NCBI GenBank assembly: GCA_024137785.1
Contig: JAHRHZ010000283.1
Coordinates: forward strand, 16,848,069-16,912,068
Origin: Ginglymostoma cirratum
Taxonomy: Eukaryota
DNA length: 64,000 bases
Direction: 5' to 3'
The notes beneath the pieces are model-generated. The model searched no databases and was not told the DNA's origin. It saw only the letters and a list, made by a program, of their open reading frames with translations. The position numbers were made by a program, and so were the translations under genes. Position 1 is the stretch's first letter, and the number at the start of each line of letters is the position of its first letter. This document shows positions 1 to 12,012 of the stretch, piece by piece.

Positions 1-53
1 CTCTGATGCTGCTTGGCCTGCTGTGTTCATCCAGCTCTACACCTTGTCATCTC
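1..53 (+). mobile_element. Truncated arm of Penelope-like short element (family B)
   Basis: ctgatgctgcttggcctgctgtgttcatccagctctacaccttgt is near-identical to 61102-61147 and reverse-complementary to 60996-61046 and 63380-63428. Confidence 0.75.
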
Positions 54-1964
54 CTACAAAGATGAGTGTGTTTTGGAGTGGCTCTTGCCTGACACATTAC
101 AAAGCTGGACTAAGGGTACAAACAGGGTGAAATCAGCAGCGAAAATTTATTTATCGAGAATTTGAAAAATAACACTCTGTCGCAGAAATACATCTGGCAA
201 CTTAAATACCCAGCAGCAAATTGGAAACTCTTAAAACAATTGAGAATGTGCATGGCGAAAGCTCCACTTTACACGATCGAAACTTCTCATTCGTAAGCTC
301 TAGGCATTTTATCGCATTGAAATGAATTGACGAGTGCCAATTCTCAACATTGTCTGGCAGAGACCGCTTGCTATGCTGTTCACCACCTTACCCTGCAGGC
401 TTCATGGACACTGCTGTCTCCCACCCTTTACCTACATAATTGGCTTCACAAACCACCAGCCTCCCCACATCTTCGTGGCTGCTTCTGGATCAATCATTCC
501 CCACCTCACCCCTTCAGGACTTTACTTTGGCGCTCAAGAGCATTCATGACTTACATGCCTCTGCCAGGTCGCTTTCCTTGCAGGGGCACACTCTCGAATC
601 TGCATGTGATACATATTATGGCTCTTAGCTCTCTCTGACTTGGTGCTTACTTGTGTCTGACAGTGAGGGGGGTAGCCAGCCTTTTATGATTTGGAGCACT
701 GAACAGTTATATGGTGGGGGGGACATGTTGCTGTCCAGCATCATGCTATGTCAATGTCATGACCAGCACCTGAGCAAATATGCTAGATGTATTTTCAACA
801 GAATGACCATGCTTTAAAGTCGAGGGGGTCCAGTACCTAGTGGGTCAGTCTTGGGGTACTGCCACCAAGCGGTCAGTCAGCACATCTCATTGTCATCCAG
901 GGAGTCAACCATGGTCAGTCCCTTTAGATTAGGTACTATCAGGTTGGGGATTATAGGTCGGTCAGCTGGGGGGACTGTAGAGATAAGGAGTGGACCAGTT
1001 TTTCCTGCAATGAGACGAAGGGAGGGACTGAGTGTCCTGGAAGTAGAAGCAAGAGCTATTAATGTTGATACAGGAGCAGGAGAGGAGATCAGGTGTCCTG
1101 ACTGAATGAGTAGGAAGCACGATGGGGGAGAAAGGGTTGGTTGTTTGCGAGTTGGTTGAGAGCTGTTGAATGGACGTGATGTACAGAGTGAGAGATTTAG
1201 TCCAAGAGGTGACTGTGAGAGTGGCAGAGTTGTAGGAAATGGTGGCCCTGCAGGAGAGAAGATGGTGATGGAGCGAAGAATATCAATCACCTTCTGACTG
1301 CATTACTGTGTGTTAGATTTCACCTAGGACATCACACTAACTTGGACCGAGGCAGGCTGTGTCTGGTGGTATGGCCTCTTTTCCGAGTCAGCAGAGGAAG
1401 CACAGCCTTCCTTTCCACCACCGTATTCACCGGCACCTCTGAGTCCTGTGCAAGAACCGAGGAGCTAACTTGACTTTTCCCCCCATTTTCTCAGGAGAAC
1501 ACTATTGGAGGACCGTGTGAAAGTCAGTTCCTTTGCAGTACCTGAAGTGCCATGAAATTGGGTTTTAAATATGGTGCCAGTGGTGTGAATGTCACAAAGT
1601 TCCAGGAGCACTGAGCACATCTACATCCCTGTCACACAGTTCCATGGCATGGGAACTGGGGAAGCTGGTTATATAATTACTAAGTTGAGGAGCTGAAGAA
1701 GGAAATGACAATGGTTGATATGGGCTGTGACAAGTCCTGCCATGACTCTCACTGAATATAAAATACTTGGTCCAAAGAAAAGAGCATTCATCTCCAAGTC
1801 AGTATTATTCATTGTAGACCCAGTTCCATCGTGAAATGTCCTCCCTCTTAGGAATTTCCAGATTGGCAAATCTGGCAACCTCAGGATAGACTATGTTTAC
1901 CTGTGGATTATTGTAGAAACAGGAATTAGTCTAAGTTAATAAATATCAGCACAATGTTAAAATT

Positions 1965-2147
1965 AAGCAAGAACTGCAGCTGCTGGAAATCTGAAAAAAA
2001 AAATTGCTGGAGGAACATAGCACGTCTGATGGCATCTGTGAAGAGAAATCAAAGTTAACATCTTGGATGCAGTGACCCTTTAGAAGTGCTGAAGATCAGA
2101 TGCTGCCAGATCTGAATTTCTCCAGCAAATTCTGTTTTTGTTTCAGA
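1965..2147. mobile_element. Decayed fold-back Penelope-like short element (family A)
   Basis: Left arm tgctggaaatctgaaaa...ttgctggag...ggcatctgtg...gttaac...gtgaccct; right arm cagatgctgccagatctg...tccagcaaattctgtttttgtttcaga is its reverse complement; same words as 15961-16190. Confidence 0.7.
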
Positions 2148-2613
2148 ATCCTCACTTGAGAATTCTAGCATACTGTTATAAGTTTCTGACTTTTTAAGGA
2201 ATTAAAAATGAGGCTACAAGCTTTCAGTAGTTGCTGAAGAATTTTTTTGTGAAATCGCTTTTGGATTCTATTATACTAAGCAATACAATATCATAGAGTT
2301 TATATCTCAGTTAAAGATAGTTCACATATATATGGTGAATTCTCCAATAAAAGTAAATATTTACTCTTGCATCCGCATAAGCATTGTTTCCTGCAAGTTC
2401 GATTAAAGATACATGTAACATGAAATTCGACTTTAATTTTAAACATAGTCTTCGCATACAGCAAAGAAAAATGGGATATTCGAGTAAATATTTCAAGAAG
2501 ATTACACTCATAGAATGATATAATTCCTTAGTGGGAAGAAATGTCTTTGCCTCACCCTTTTTCATTAAGATAGAGGAATTCTTTGCAGTCTTCAACTTTT
2601 TGTACTTTCACAG

Positions 2614-2705
2614 AATATGGCTGCCTTGATCTGCCTCTACTGACCCCTGAAGACAATGTTTTAAATACACTTCTTACTGTTGTCTGTGGGAAGAACTGCT
2701 ATTAA
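2614..2705 (+). CDS. Candidate terminal coding exon, unidentified gene: (x)YGCLDLPLLTPEDNVLNTLLTVVCGKNCY*
   Basis: Strong acceptor tcttcaactttttgtactttcacag|AA, open frame to TAA at 2703-2705, followed by about 700 nt of repeat-free AT-rich UTR-like sequence. No homologue recognised. Confidence 0.3.
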
Positions 2706-4289
2706 TTATTGTTAAAAATTTGTAAAAGGCATAATTCTTGACAGATCATAAAAATTCATGTTTAAAAATTTTAGTTCAGACTAAAATAACGAACAGACGC
2801 AAGGCCATTTCACCTCTTGAACTCACGGCAGTGAGACCTAAAAGCTTGCTTTTGGCAAAACTTCAGTTTCTCTCTCTTGCTTATCGTAATTGGCAGTGCT
2901 TGAAATTTAACACATTAGTTGCTGGATTAATCAGATGATTTTATTTGTATTTGCCCTTGCATGCATTATTCTGTACTTATGAATAGAAGTACCAAGTCTG
3001 TTGAAAGTAAGGAAATGCCATACGTTTTTAGAATCTCTTAATTTAGCAGAAAATATCTTAACTTCCATCTCCTCACTTTATCCTTTTGTAGGATTTAGCT
3101 GAATGGAAATATTGCTCTGAGAAAACTTTTTGAGTTTAATAATTAGGCGATCATTATTATAATGATAGAGCAGTTAGTGTGCCAGTCGAATTTTCTATTT
3201 GATCAGAGTAGCAAATGAGAAGATAATTTATTGGCTCAATGAACAATCTTAAGTAAATCTATGTCAGGTGCTCACAGTTGTGATAAAGCAAATACCTCAT
3301 TTATACATCTTGATACTTGAAATAAGGGGTATAATTTGCTGTAAATGTGAATCTAATGACGTTATTAAGTAAATTTATTCTTTCATGTTCATGTTGTACA
3401 AAATGTATAAAGACCTGCTGCAAAAAATTGTCGCATCTGCAACATGAGTGAAACAGAGCAACAGTATATCTCCGTAATCAAATTGAAGCATTGTTTATTT
3501 TTCAGTGCAGGGGCTGAGAAGGAGCTGCAGATTAGAGTGAGTGAATTCTGATGTCAAAACTACTATGGAGATAGAAAAGACCAGACTCCTTGAGAAAGAG
3601 ACAAGGAAAAGATGGCAAACATTTAAATACGTACATTTTTTAAAAAAGCTTAAACAACAAGTAATACCTGAAGGAATGAGACTTGACATTTATTCTTCCA
3701 CATGGGTTCTTCATTATTCTATGACATCACGAGTACTTACACAACATATGTTGCATAGTTAATGTAATTTACTTTTGTAAGTGTATAGCTGACTGTGGGA
3801 TTATACAACTGATGTTCATGAGCTGAATTCTAATTTTCAAGAATAATCTTTCCTTTTCTTTCAGCTTTCTCTTTCTCATCTTTTTTGGCTTGCCATTCCT
3901 CTCACACTCGAGCTTCAATTTTTGCAAATCTGCAGATTGGGGTCCCAATGTTGACTTTGGAATAAAGCAGGAGGATATTTTCACAGAGCTCCTGCTTTGC
4001 TTTCACCTTCAGCCTAAAGTCACCCAAGCAGCGGGGGATGCTTTAAAAAAATTGACACATGCTGAAATCTCAATTGGGCCAAGTTTACTTCATCTGTTCA
4101 CCACAAGTTTGTCCTTACCCTGACAATATTCAGGCTGTGCAATATTCTGGCTGCAGCAGGTGTAAAGGTCTTACTGCTGACAGCTAGGTCTTTCTGTTGC
4201 TGTGCTGCTCACTCTGCTTCCTGAGCTCAGAGGTCCACTGCGCAAATTGATGCAGGAAAATTGTGGGCACTTTACTTCAGAAATGAGGC

Positions 4290-5178
4290 ACTCCCCAAGT
4301 TCACACATATCTAGCTTGGAGGGTGAGCTGTGAGGAGGATGTAGAGTTGATTTCAACAAGTTGAATGAGTGACGAATGCATGGCAAATGAACGATAATAT
4401 AGATAAATGTGAGGTTAGGTACTTTGATAGCAAAAATGGGAAGGTAGATTCTTATCTGAAAGGTGTTAGGCTGGGAAAAGTGGAGGTGGATGCAACAAGA
4501 GCTGTTTCCTTGTACGTGCTGAAATCAAGGAAGCAAGTGCAGCGTGCAGTGAAGAAGGCAAGTGGTAAATAGCAAGAGGATTTGAGTACAGGAGCAGGGA
4601 TATCTTGCTGCAGTTGTGGAATTGGGTGAGGCCACACCTGGAGCATTGTATGCAGCTTTGGTGGTCTTGCCTGAAGAAAGATGTTCTGGGGATGGAGGGA
4701 GTGCAGTGAAGGGTTACCAGACTGATTTCTGGGATGGCAAGACTGATAGATTGGATCAGTGAGGCCTACATTTACTGAAATTTAGCTGGATGAAGAGGAT
4801 CTTATGAAGAGAAATTTATAAAATTCTAACAGCTAGGCAAGGTAAATGGAGGAAGGATGGTCCCGATGACCAGGGAGTCCGTAACCAGGGGTGATGGTTG
4901 AAGGATACAGGGAGACCAATTAAGACTGAGATGAGAAATTTCTCTACCCAGACAACGAGCGAGCCTGTGAAATTCCTGCCACAGAAAGCAAGTGGTTGAA
5001 GCCTAAATCTTGAATGGTTTCAAGGAGTTAGATACAGTTCGTAGGGCTAAAGGAATCAAAGGGTATGTGGAGAAAGCAGGAACAGGGTATGGAGTTGGAT
5101 GATCAGCCGTGATCGTGTTGATTGGTGGAACAGGCTGGAGGGCCTGAATGGCCTGCTCTGGTTCCTGTTTTCTATGTT
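4290..5178 (+). mobile_element. CR1 LINE, 5'-truncated 3' fragment (RT C-terminus + 3' UTR)
   Basis: Decayed WQM..N.DKCEV and gtgaggccacacctggagcattgt (VRPHLE.C) motifs; CR1 tail ggcctgaatggcctgctc...ttctatgtt. Confidence 0.9.
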
Positions 5179-5465
5179 GAGAATGTACCTTTGGTTTGCA
5201 GGAAGTTCTGGAAGAGAAGTTGGAAAAACTTCACTTTTTTCAACACAATTCAGCCTCCTCTGTTGATGTTGCTTCACTTCAGGAGGATGTCACAGATCCT
5301 GGGCTCAGTCGCAGTTGGGGCCGACTTGGAACATTGGACTGATTGCACTTCAGTTGGTTTGAAGCTCTGCTCTTCCCTCAATTTTCTGCGTCATTTGCAG
5401 GGCTTATAGTCACCCCTCATGTTCAACTCACCGCTAATCCTCTCTTTGTTTGAGAGAGCGAGAGA

Positions 5466-5597
5466 GACAGAAATTGCTGAGAAATCTCAAACATGCTGAA
5501 GAAGGGCCAGTGGAACCGAAATGTTAACTCTGCTTTCTCTCCACAGTTGCTGCAAGACCTGCTAAGTTGCCCCAGCAATTTCTGTTTCAGATTTCCA
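5466..5597 (+). mobile_element. Penelope-like short element (family A) with decayed hammerhead-like motif at 5496-5530
   Basis: CTGAAGA-A-GGGCCAGTGGAACC-GAAATGTTAACTC followed by the family arm; short inverted left arm cagaaattgctg. Confidence 0.7.
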
Positions 5598-5673
5598 CCT
5601 CCCCCCCCACCTCAATCTCTCTCTCTCTCCCCCTGTTTTTTCTCTCTCTCTCTCTCTTCCCCCACTCCCCCCT
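5598..5673. repeat. C-rich/(CT)n low-complexity tract
   Basis: Poly-C and tctctc runs seen directly. Confidence 0.85.
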
Positions 5674-6467
5674 CAATAATGACAGAGACACCTGTGGACC
5701 TTGGGGACAATGGCGACTTTCACTTCACTTAACTTGCAATTTCAGAGATTAAGCTTGCTTGCAAATCTCAAAACTTGCTATTTAGCCATTCGGCGACCCA
5801 GCTTGTTGGCTCTCAGTTGTGGCGATTCAGTGGATTCTGCTGTTGGAAATCTGAGGTGTCATTTCTGAGCTGAGTCAAACCTGTATTGTGTATTGAAAAC
5901 GATAGCGTGCATCTAGAGAATGTGGGAATAAGCTAGGAACTGCCTCTGAAGCTAAAGAACTTGCCCATTGAAAGTTAGGAAGCTCACACTCATCTCTACC
6001 AGTCGCCACTCGACGGTGAGGATACATCTTTCCGAAGCCCCAAGACAGCTTTGGGAAGGACTGATGGTGTTTCTAGCTAGGTCCTACCTTCTTCTTCATG
6101 TTGTGGAGAAAGAAACTTGCTTTTGTTATTTGCTGCAAGCAGCCCGGGGATTTAATTTCCATTTACAGGCAGGCTTTTTCACTTCTTTTGCAGCCCGTAG
6201 CTTTACATTTTTTAGGTAATAATTCACACCTCTGATTTTATGCTCATAACTGAGAAGCAAGTGGGCAGGCCGGTTAGAGTAGGATATATTTATGCGTGCA
6301 ATACACATTTTAAATCAATGGAACCAGCCAAAGAAAGAAAGGTTTATTATGCTTGTCAAATGCTTCCTTCTGGTATGCGTCCGAACTTTGAGGGAAACAA
6401 AGGTGATTTTTATTTAGTTGCCGCTGAATGACAGCAGTGTTTCGGTCAGACAGTGCTGCTTCTATAG

Positions 6468-6699
6468 GAGAAATGTTCTGATAAAGGATTGCATTGTAAT
6501 TCTGAGTGCACCAGGGATTGCTGCTGCTGCCAAATGCCGGCTGTGTCACTGCTTCCAAAGATCCAAACACAGGAGGGACAAGTGGAGCAGCAGCTGACAT
6601 CCCCAGGCGACGGGAGCAGCCGGTATTTCAGACCAAGCTGTTTGCTGCTGTGGCGTGGAATGTGAAGTGTAGCAAAGCCTTTTTGAGATGCATTAAGAG
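6468..6699 (+). other. Candidate non-coding (5' UTR/first) exon
   Basis: Perfect donor GAG|GTAAGT at 6699/6700; GC-richer unique sequence; weak acceptor tctatag at 6467; contains a closed 43-aa ORF (6534-6665) and no ATG-initiated frame crossing the donor. Confidence 0.35.
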
Positions 6700-6977
6700 G
6701 TAAGTGTGATTCATTTGACCAGCATTGGATTAGATTTTCAACTTGCGTTCTTGTGGTGTCACACCTTCTAGGTCTTATTCATACTTTCTTACTCCTCGTA
6801 TTCTCCCTGCTTCCACTGTTGCTTGCAAGGTTGCATTGCATTGCTGGACTGTGACTGTGCTGCAGAAAGTAATGCTTTTGTGGGATTTAATGCTCCAGTT
6901 ACATTGGCTCTGTCCCTTCAACTAATGTCTCTTACAGGCTGTGCCTGGAGAGCAATTCTACTCGAGCTTTTGAAGGT

Positions 6978-7056
6978 CAAAAACCACAGGACACCAGGTT
7001 AGTGTCCAGCAGGTTTATTTGAAGACACAAGCTCTGAGTCTCTCTCCTTCTTCAGA
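6978..7056 (-). mobile_element. Penelope-like short element, family C fragment
   Basis: acaccaggttagtgtccagcaggtttatttgaagacacaagct...ctccttcttcag; reverse strand reads CTGAAGA-A-GGAG...CTC-agagctt (decayed hammerhead-like layout). Confidence 0.55.
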
Positions 7057-7069
7057 GTATCTCCACCAA

Positions 7070-7192
7070 CTTGAAAACAAAAAATGCTGGAAATCACAGC
7101 AGGTCAGGCAGCATCCACCGAGAGAACAAACTAACGTCTCAAGCTTAAATGACTCTCCAGCATCTCTACCTGCTTCCGGTATTTATTGCTGT
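7070..7192. mobile_element. Decayed Penelope-like short element
   Basis: aaaatgctggaaatcacagcaggtcaggcagcatc arm with partial inverted arm tccagcatct...acctgct. Confidence 0.6.
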
Positions 7193-8744
7193 CATGCATT
7201 AGATCTCCTCGGTGTCTAAGAATAGTGCCCGTCTAGGGTGGTGTATCATCTGCCCATTAATCACTGGATAGGTCAAAGATGAAGCAAGGACAAAAGCGGC
7301 TTTGATCTCCGTAAACTACTTAAAAACAAACTTTATCAAATACCACTTCGTGGTAGAGGGGCAAATACCACAAGGTACCAGAAATGGTCATTTGGTAAAA
7401 TGCCAGAGATTGAACTTTCTTTGTCAACTTACTTGGTATCTCAGCTATATTAGTGTACTTTGAGATGTTGAAGGTTGAGCACATCAGAGCTGAGGCTGAT
7501 AAGATGCCAGGTAAGCTTTGAACTCATAATTTGCTGAGTTGGATGTTCTCAAACGAAGGAGCAACAATTACCTTCAATCTCCTCAGGATATTGAGAAGGG
7601 AGAGAGAGCCCAGTATTCCTACATGCTTGTTCCCTTGATCCACAGTGCTGTTGGAAAGTAGGTGTGTATTGTGATTCACTAAGGAGAAGGGCCAATATCA
7701 TCAAGGTGGTTGATGGCACTAGGTTTGCTGTATCCTGCTGTCGGCAGGAAAAAGGTCTGCGTACCTCCATCATGCAGCACAGAAAAATTCAGAGTGAACC
7801 CGTAACTGGTTCTGAGATAAGAAATGGTGCAGCTTGAATTCAGATGCAGTGGCACAGAGGAGTCATTGATGGATCGTAATGTTACGATGCATGCAGCAGC
7901 TCAGCACTAAGCTGTGCAATTGAAAACTGTAAGACCAGGGCACTAGAAGGAAATCAACTCCTTTTCAGCTGCAATCAGCAGAGTATGCTGAGCAGAACTT
8001 CAGTGCAGTGAATGGAGGCAGTTTGGGAATCTGCTGAGGTCAATATCCAATCTGTTATAGAGAAGAAACTACTGGTGTGGTTGTCATTGGATTCAAGTGA
8101 TTTTACATGTATTTGATAGTAATTTGACACAAAGGAAAATACTGTGCATGAAAGCTCAGCTGGTCTGGCAGTACCTATGGAAAGAAAAATAGAGTTAATG
8201 TTTTCAGTCGAATGTAATTCTTTCTTGGATTTGACACAATCTATTTTAATCAAACTCAGTTCTTGATAAAGTGAATGATTTGCTTGTTAACAGGTTTAAA
8301 TTTGGACAGTGTGCTTTCAAAATGTCAAGATGTTTTGAGAGATTGTGGTGCAGGAAGACCTTAAAGAGCCTTTCATATTTTTAAATTGGGAATTGGTTAG
8401 GTTCATTAAAATATCCACACTTAATCCCACCTCACCATCCCCACATTTTTGTGTTTTGATTGTTAAATTGGATGCCTTGCAGTGTTTGGAAAAGTTTTGA
8501 ACATCACATCCAAGCAAGCTGCCAGAAAAAGTAGTTTCTTGAAGCGTTGGAATCTCCAGTGATGTGCAGCAAGTTTTTAAGATGCTGGCATCCAAGAAAA
8601 GAAAGCTGCCTGCTGGGGATTATGTTGCCAAAAATCAGGTCCTTCTGTGGAAAGTATTGCTGCCAGAGACATGTGTTGAAATTCCCATACTGTGAAGAAG
8701 ATGGAGCCGCAAAAAACATCAGTGGGAATTGTCTCTAAGCTTCA

Positions 8745-11700
8745 AAACAGTGTGGTGAGGTATGCAATGGCATTAAACAGGAAATAAGAAATGCACGCAA
8801 CAAAGATGCTACAGTAATCATGGATAATTTTACTTTCTACAGACTGGGCAAACCTTATGAGCATTAGCGCTGTGGCAGATGAATTCCTGAGGTGTGCACA
8901 AGAAGCAATGTTAGATCAGCACGTTGAAGAACTAACTTAAGAAAGACTATCCCAGATTTGGTTTTGTTAAATGACAAGCAGTTGATTTAATAACGTTGTT
9001 ATTAATTAATAAACTGAAAGGAAATCATGACCATAATCTGATGAATTTGTTCATCGGCATAGAAAGTGAAGTCCATCTGACATCATTCCCACATCTAAAC
9101 AGATGACCCCAAAATTGGAGGTGAAGTAGGCAGCGAAGAAGGTTACCTTAGAGCACAATAGAATATGATCAGATGGGCCAGTGGGCCAAGGAGTGACAGA
9201 CGGAGTTTAATTTAGATAAATGTGAGGTATCATATTTTGGAAAGGCAAATCAGGGCGGGACTTGTACATGGAAAGATAAGATCTTGGGGAGTGTTGCCGA
9301 ACGAAGAGACCTTGGGGTGCAAGTCCATAGTTCTTTGCAAGTGGAGTTGTAGGTAGATAGCATAGTGAAGGTGGTGTTTGGTATGCTCGCCTTTATTGAG
9401 TATAGGAGTTGGGAGGCGATGACATTAGTTAGGCCACGATTCGAATACTGCATGCAATTCTGGTCTCCCTACTATAAGAAGGATGTTGTGAAACCTGAAA
9501 GGGTTCAGAAAAGATTGACAGGGATGTTGCCAGTCTTAGAGCGTTTGAGCTGAAGGGAGAGGCTAAATAGACTGGGGCTGTCTTCCCTGGCGTCTTGGAG
9601 ACTGAGGGGTGACCTTCTAGAAGTTTATCTAATCATGATGGGCATGGATAGGGTAAATAGACAAGGTTTTTTTCTCTGGGGCAGGGGAGGTCCGAAACTA
9701 GAGGGCATAGGTTTCAGGTGAGAGGGGAAAGATGTTAAAGGGACTTAAGGGGCAATTTTTACATGCAGGGGGCGGTGTTGTCTGGAATGAGCTGCCAGGA
9801 GAAGTGCTAGAAGCTGGTGCAATTAGAGTATTTAGAAGACATTTAGATGGACATACAGATAACAAGGGTTTAGAGGGATAAGGACCAAATGCTGGCAAAT
9901 TGGACTAGATTTATTCGGGATATCTAGTCAGCATGGATGAGTTGGACCAAAGGGTCTATTTTTGTGCTGTATATCTCTGACTCTACGACTCTAAAGGCAA
10001 TTGTAAGAAGCTATGAGGGGTGAGTTGGCTCTGGTGGACTGGGTAACTTCATTACCACTGTGGCCAAGTAATGGTTAACATTTAAGGAGTTTTCTTTGCT
10101 GTAGTTACACATTCCCTTCAGATGAAAGAACTGAGCAGGAAGAAGTGACCTATTAGGTTTCACACAAGAAACTTAGGGAAGTACTAGATCCATAAAGGAG
10201 TCATATGAAGTTACTGGAAGTAGCAAGCCTGAAGATTTTAGGAGCAGTTTGTAATTTAGCATGGGAGAACCAAGAGGCTGATTTAGATGGGAAAAGTAGA
10301 GTTTGAGAGTAAACTTAGAAACCACATTAAAGGAGCTTCTATAACTATGCTAAAGATAAAAGATTAGTAAAGGCAAATGTGAACCCCTTGCAGTGAAAAT
10401 TAGTGGTAATTGAGAACAAGGAAATGGCAGAGCTATTAGACAAAACTACTTTTTTGTTCTGTCTTCACAGAAAAGTTCCGAGAAGTATTAGCAAAGCAAG
10501 GGCCATTCAGAAAGGAGGGATTGAAGTAAATTAGTATTCGTTTAAAGAAAAGCAGTGGAGAAATTAATAAATTCCCAGAGCCTGATAACCTACACGCTCG
10601 GATACTAAAAATGTTTGCCATGGAAATAATTGATGTGACGGTCATAACTTAGAAAACTTTGTAGGGTCTGGAAAAGTCCTGGCAGATTGCAGGGTGGCAA
10701 ACATAACTCCACTGTTTAGAAAATAAGAGGGGGACAAAACTAGGAATTACAGACTGGTTAGCCGAACATTAGTCAAAGGGAAATACTGGAGTCTATTGCA
10801 CAAAGTCAATATGGATTTATCAAAGAGAAATAATCTTTGACAAACCTACTGGGGATTTTTTTGGGGGCATATATAGTAAATTAGGTGAGGTAGAACCAGT
10901 GGATGTGGTGCATTTGGATTTTTGGAAAGTTTTTGATAAAATCACACGTAAGAGGTTATTGAGCAAAATCAAAGTATTTGGGATTGATGATAATACACTG
11001 ATGTTGATTACAATTAGTCAGCAGACTGAGCCAAACAGTAGGAATAAATAGATCATTTTCAGAGTAGGAAGTGGTGACAAGTGGGATATTGAAGTGACCA
11101 GTGCTTGAGCCCCAGCTATTCACAATGTGTCATCAATGGCTTAGATGAGGAAGTCTTGTGTAATCTTAGCAAGTTTGCTGACAAAAGAAAACTAGTTTGG
11201 AGTGTGAGTGGTGTGGACAAGGCTTCAGGATGACTTAGACAAGTTGAGTGACTGGACAAATACCAAATGCCATATAATGTGGATAAATGTGGTCTTGTCC
11301 ACTTTGGGAGGAAAAGCAGAATAGCAACATATTATTTAAATGGTGATAGATTGGAATGTGTTTCTGTACAAAGGGACCTGGGTGCCCTTGTATTCTGGTC
11401 ATTGAAAGCAACAGGTATTTGGCCTTCATTGCAGGCGAGTTTGGTACAGAAGCAACAAAGTCTTAGTGCTGCTGTACAGGGCCTTGGTGAGACTCCTTCT
11501 GAAGTATTGTGTGTAGGTTCAGCGTCCTGAGCCGACTAAAGATAGACTTGCCATCGTGGGAGTACAGTGAAGTTTCACCTAACTGATTGCTGAGATGGCA
11601 GGTTTGTCATTTTGGGGCCAATTGACCCTGTATTCACTGGCCTACAGAAGAACGAATGGCGATCTCATTGAAGCATATAAAGTTCTGACAGGGGACTGGT

Positions 11701-12012
11701 TTCAGGGATGACGTTGCCCTGGATTCCGGGCATGTCCAAAACAAAGGGTCATTATTTCTGAAGAGGGGAAGGCCAATTGGACTGAGCTGAGGAGAAATTT
11801 CTTCACACCTGTAAAATTGTTTACCCCAAAAGGCTGTAGTTGTGAAGTCACTCAATATATTTAAGAAATAGATTTCTAGAAGCTAAGGCTGTCAAGGACT
11901 ATGGGGGAGGGCATGCAGGAGTATGGTGTTAAGATATAAGATCAGCTATGATGATGTTGAAAGCATGTTCTGTGGACCAATTGGCCTTGTCATTTTCCTA
12001 TCTTCTAAGTTT
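8745..12012 (+). mobile_element. Old, long CR1 LINE (endonuclease end through RT and 3' UTR), interrupted by a younger CR1 at 9100-9995
   Basis: Decayed codons for W.VANITPLF.K, NYR.VS, HGF.K...LTNL, D.V.LDF.K.FDK, SKFAD, YNVDKC..VHFGRK, QRDLG; CR1 tail near 11975-12012. Confidence 0.9.
9100..9995 (+). mobile_element. Younger CR1 3' fragment nested in older CR1
   Basis: ORF 9365-9553 LVRPRFEYCMQFWSPYYKKDV..ERVQKR.T.MLP; terminal (gactct) microsatellite tail; possible TSD tctaaa at 9094-9099 and 9990-9995. Confidence 0.92.
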
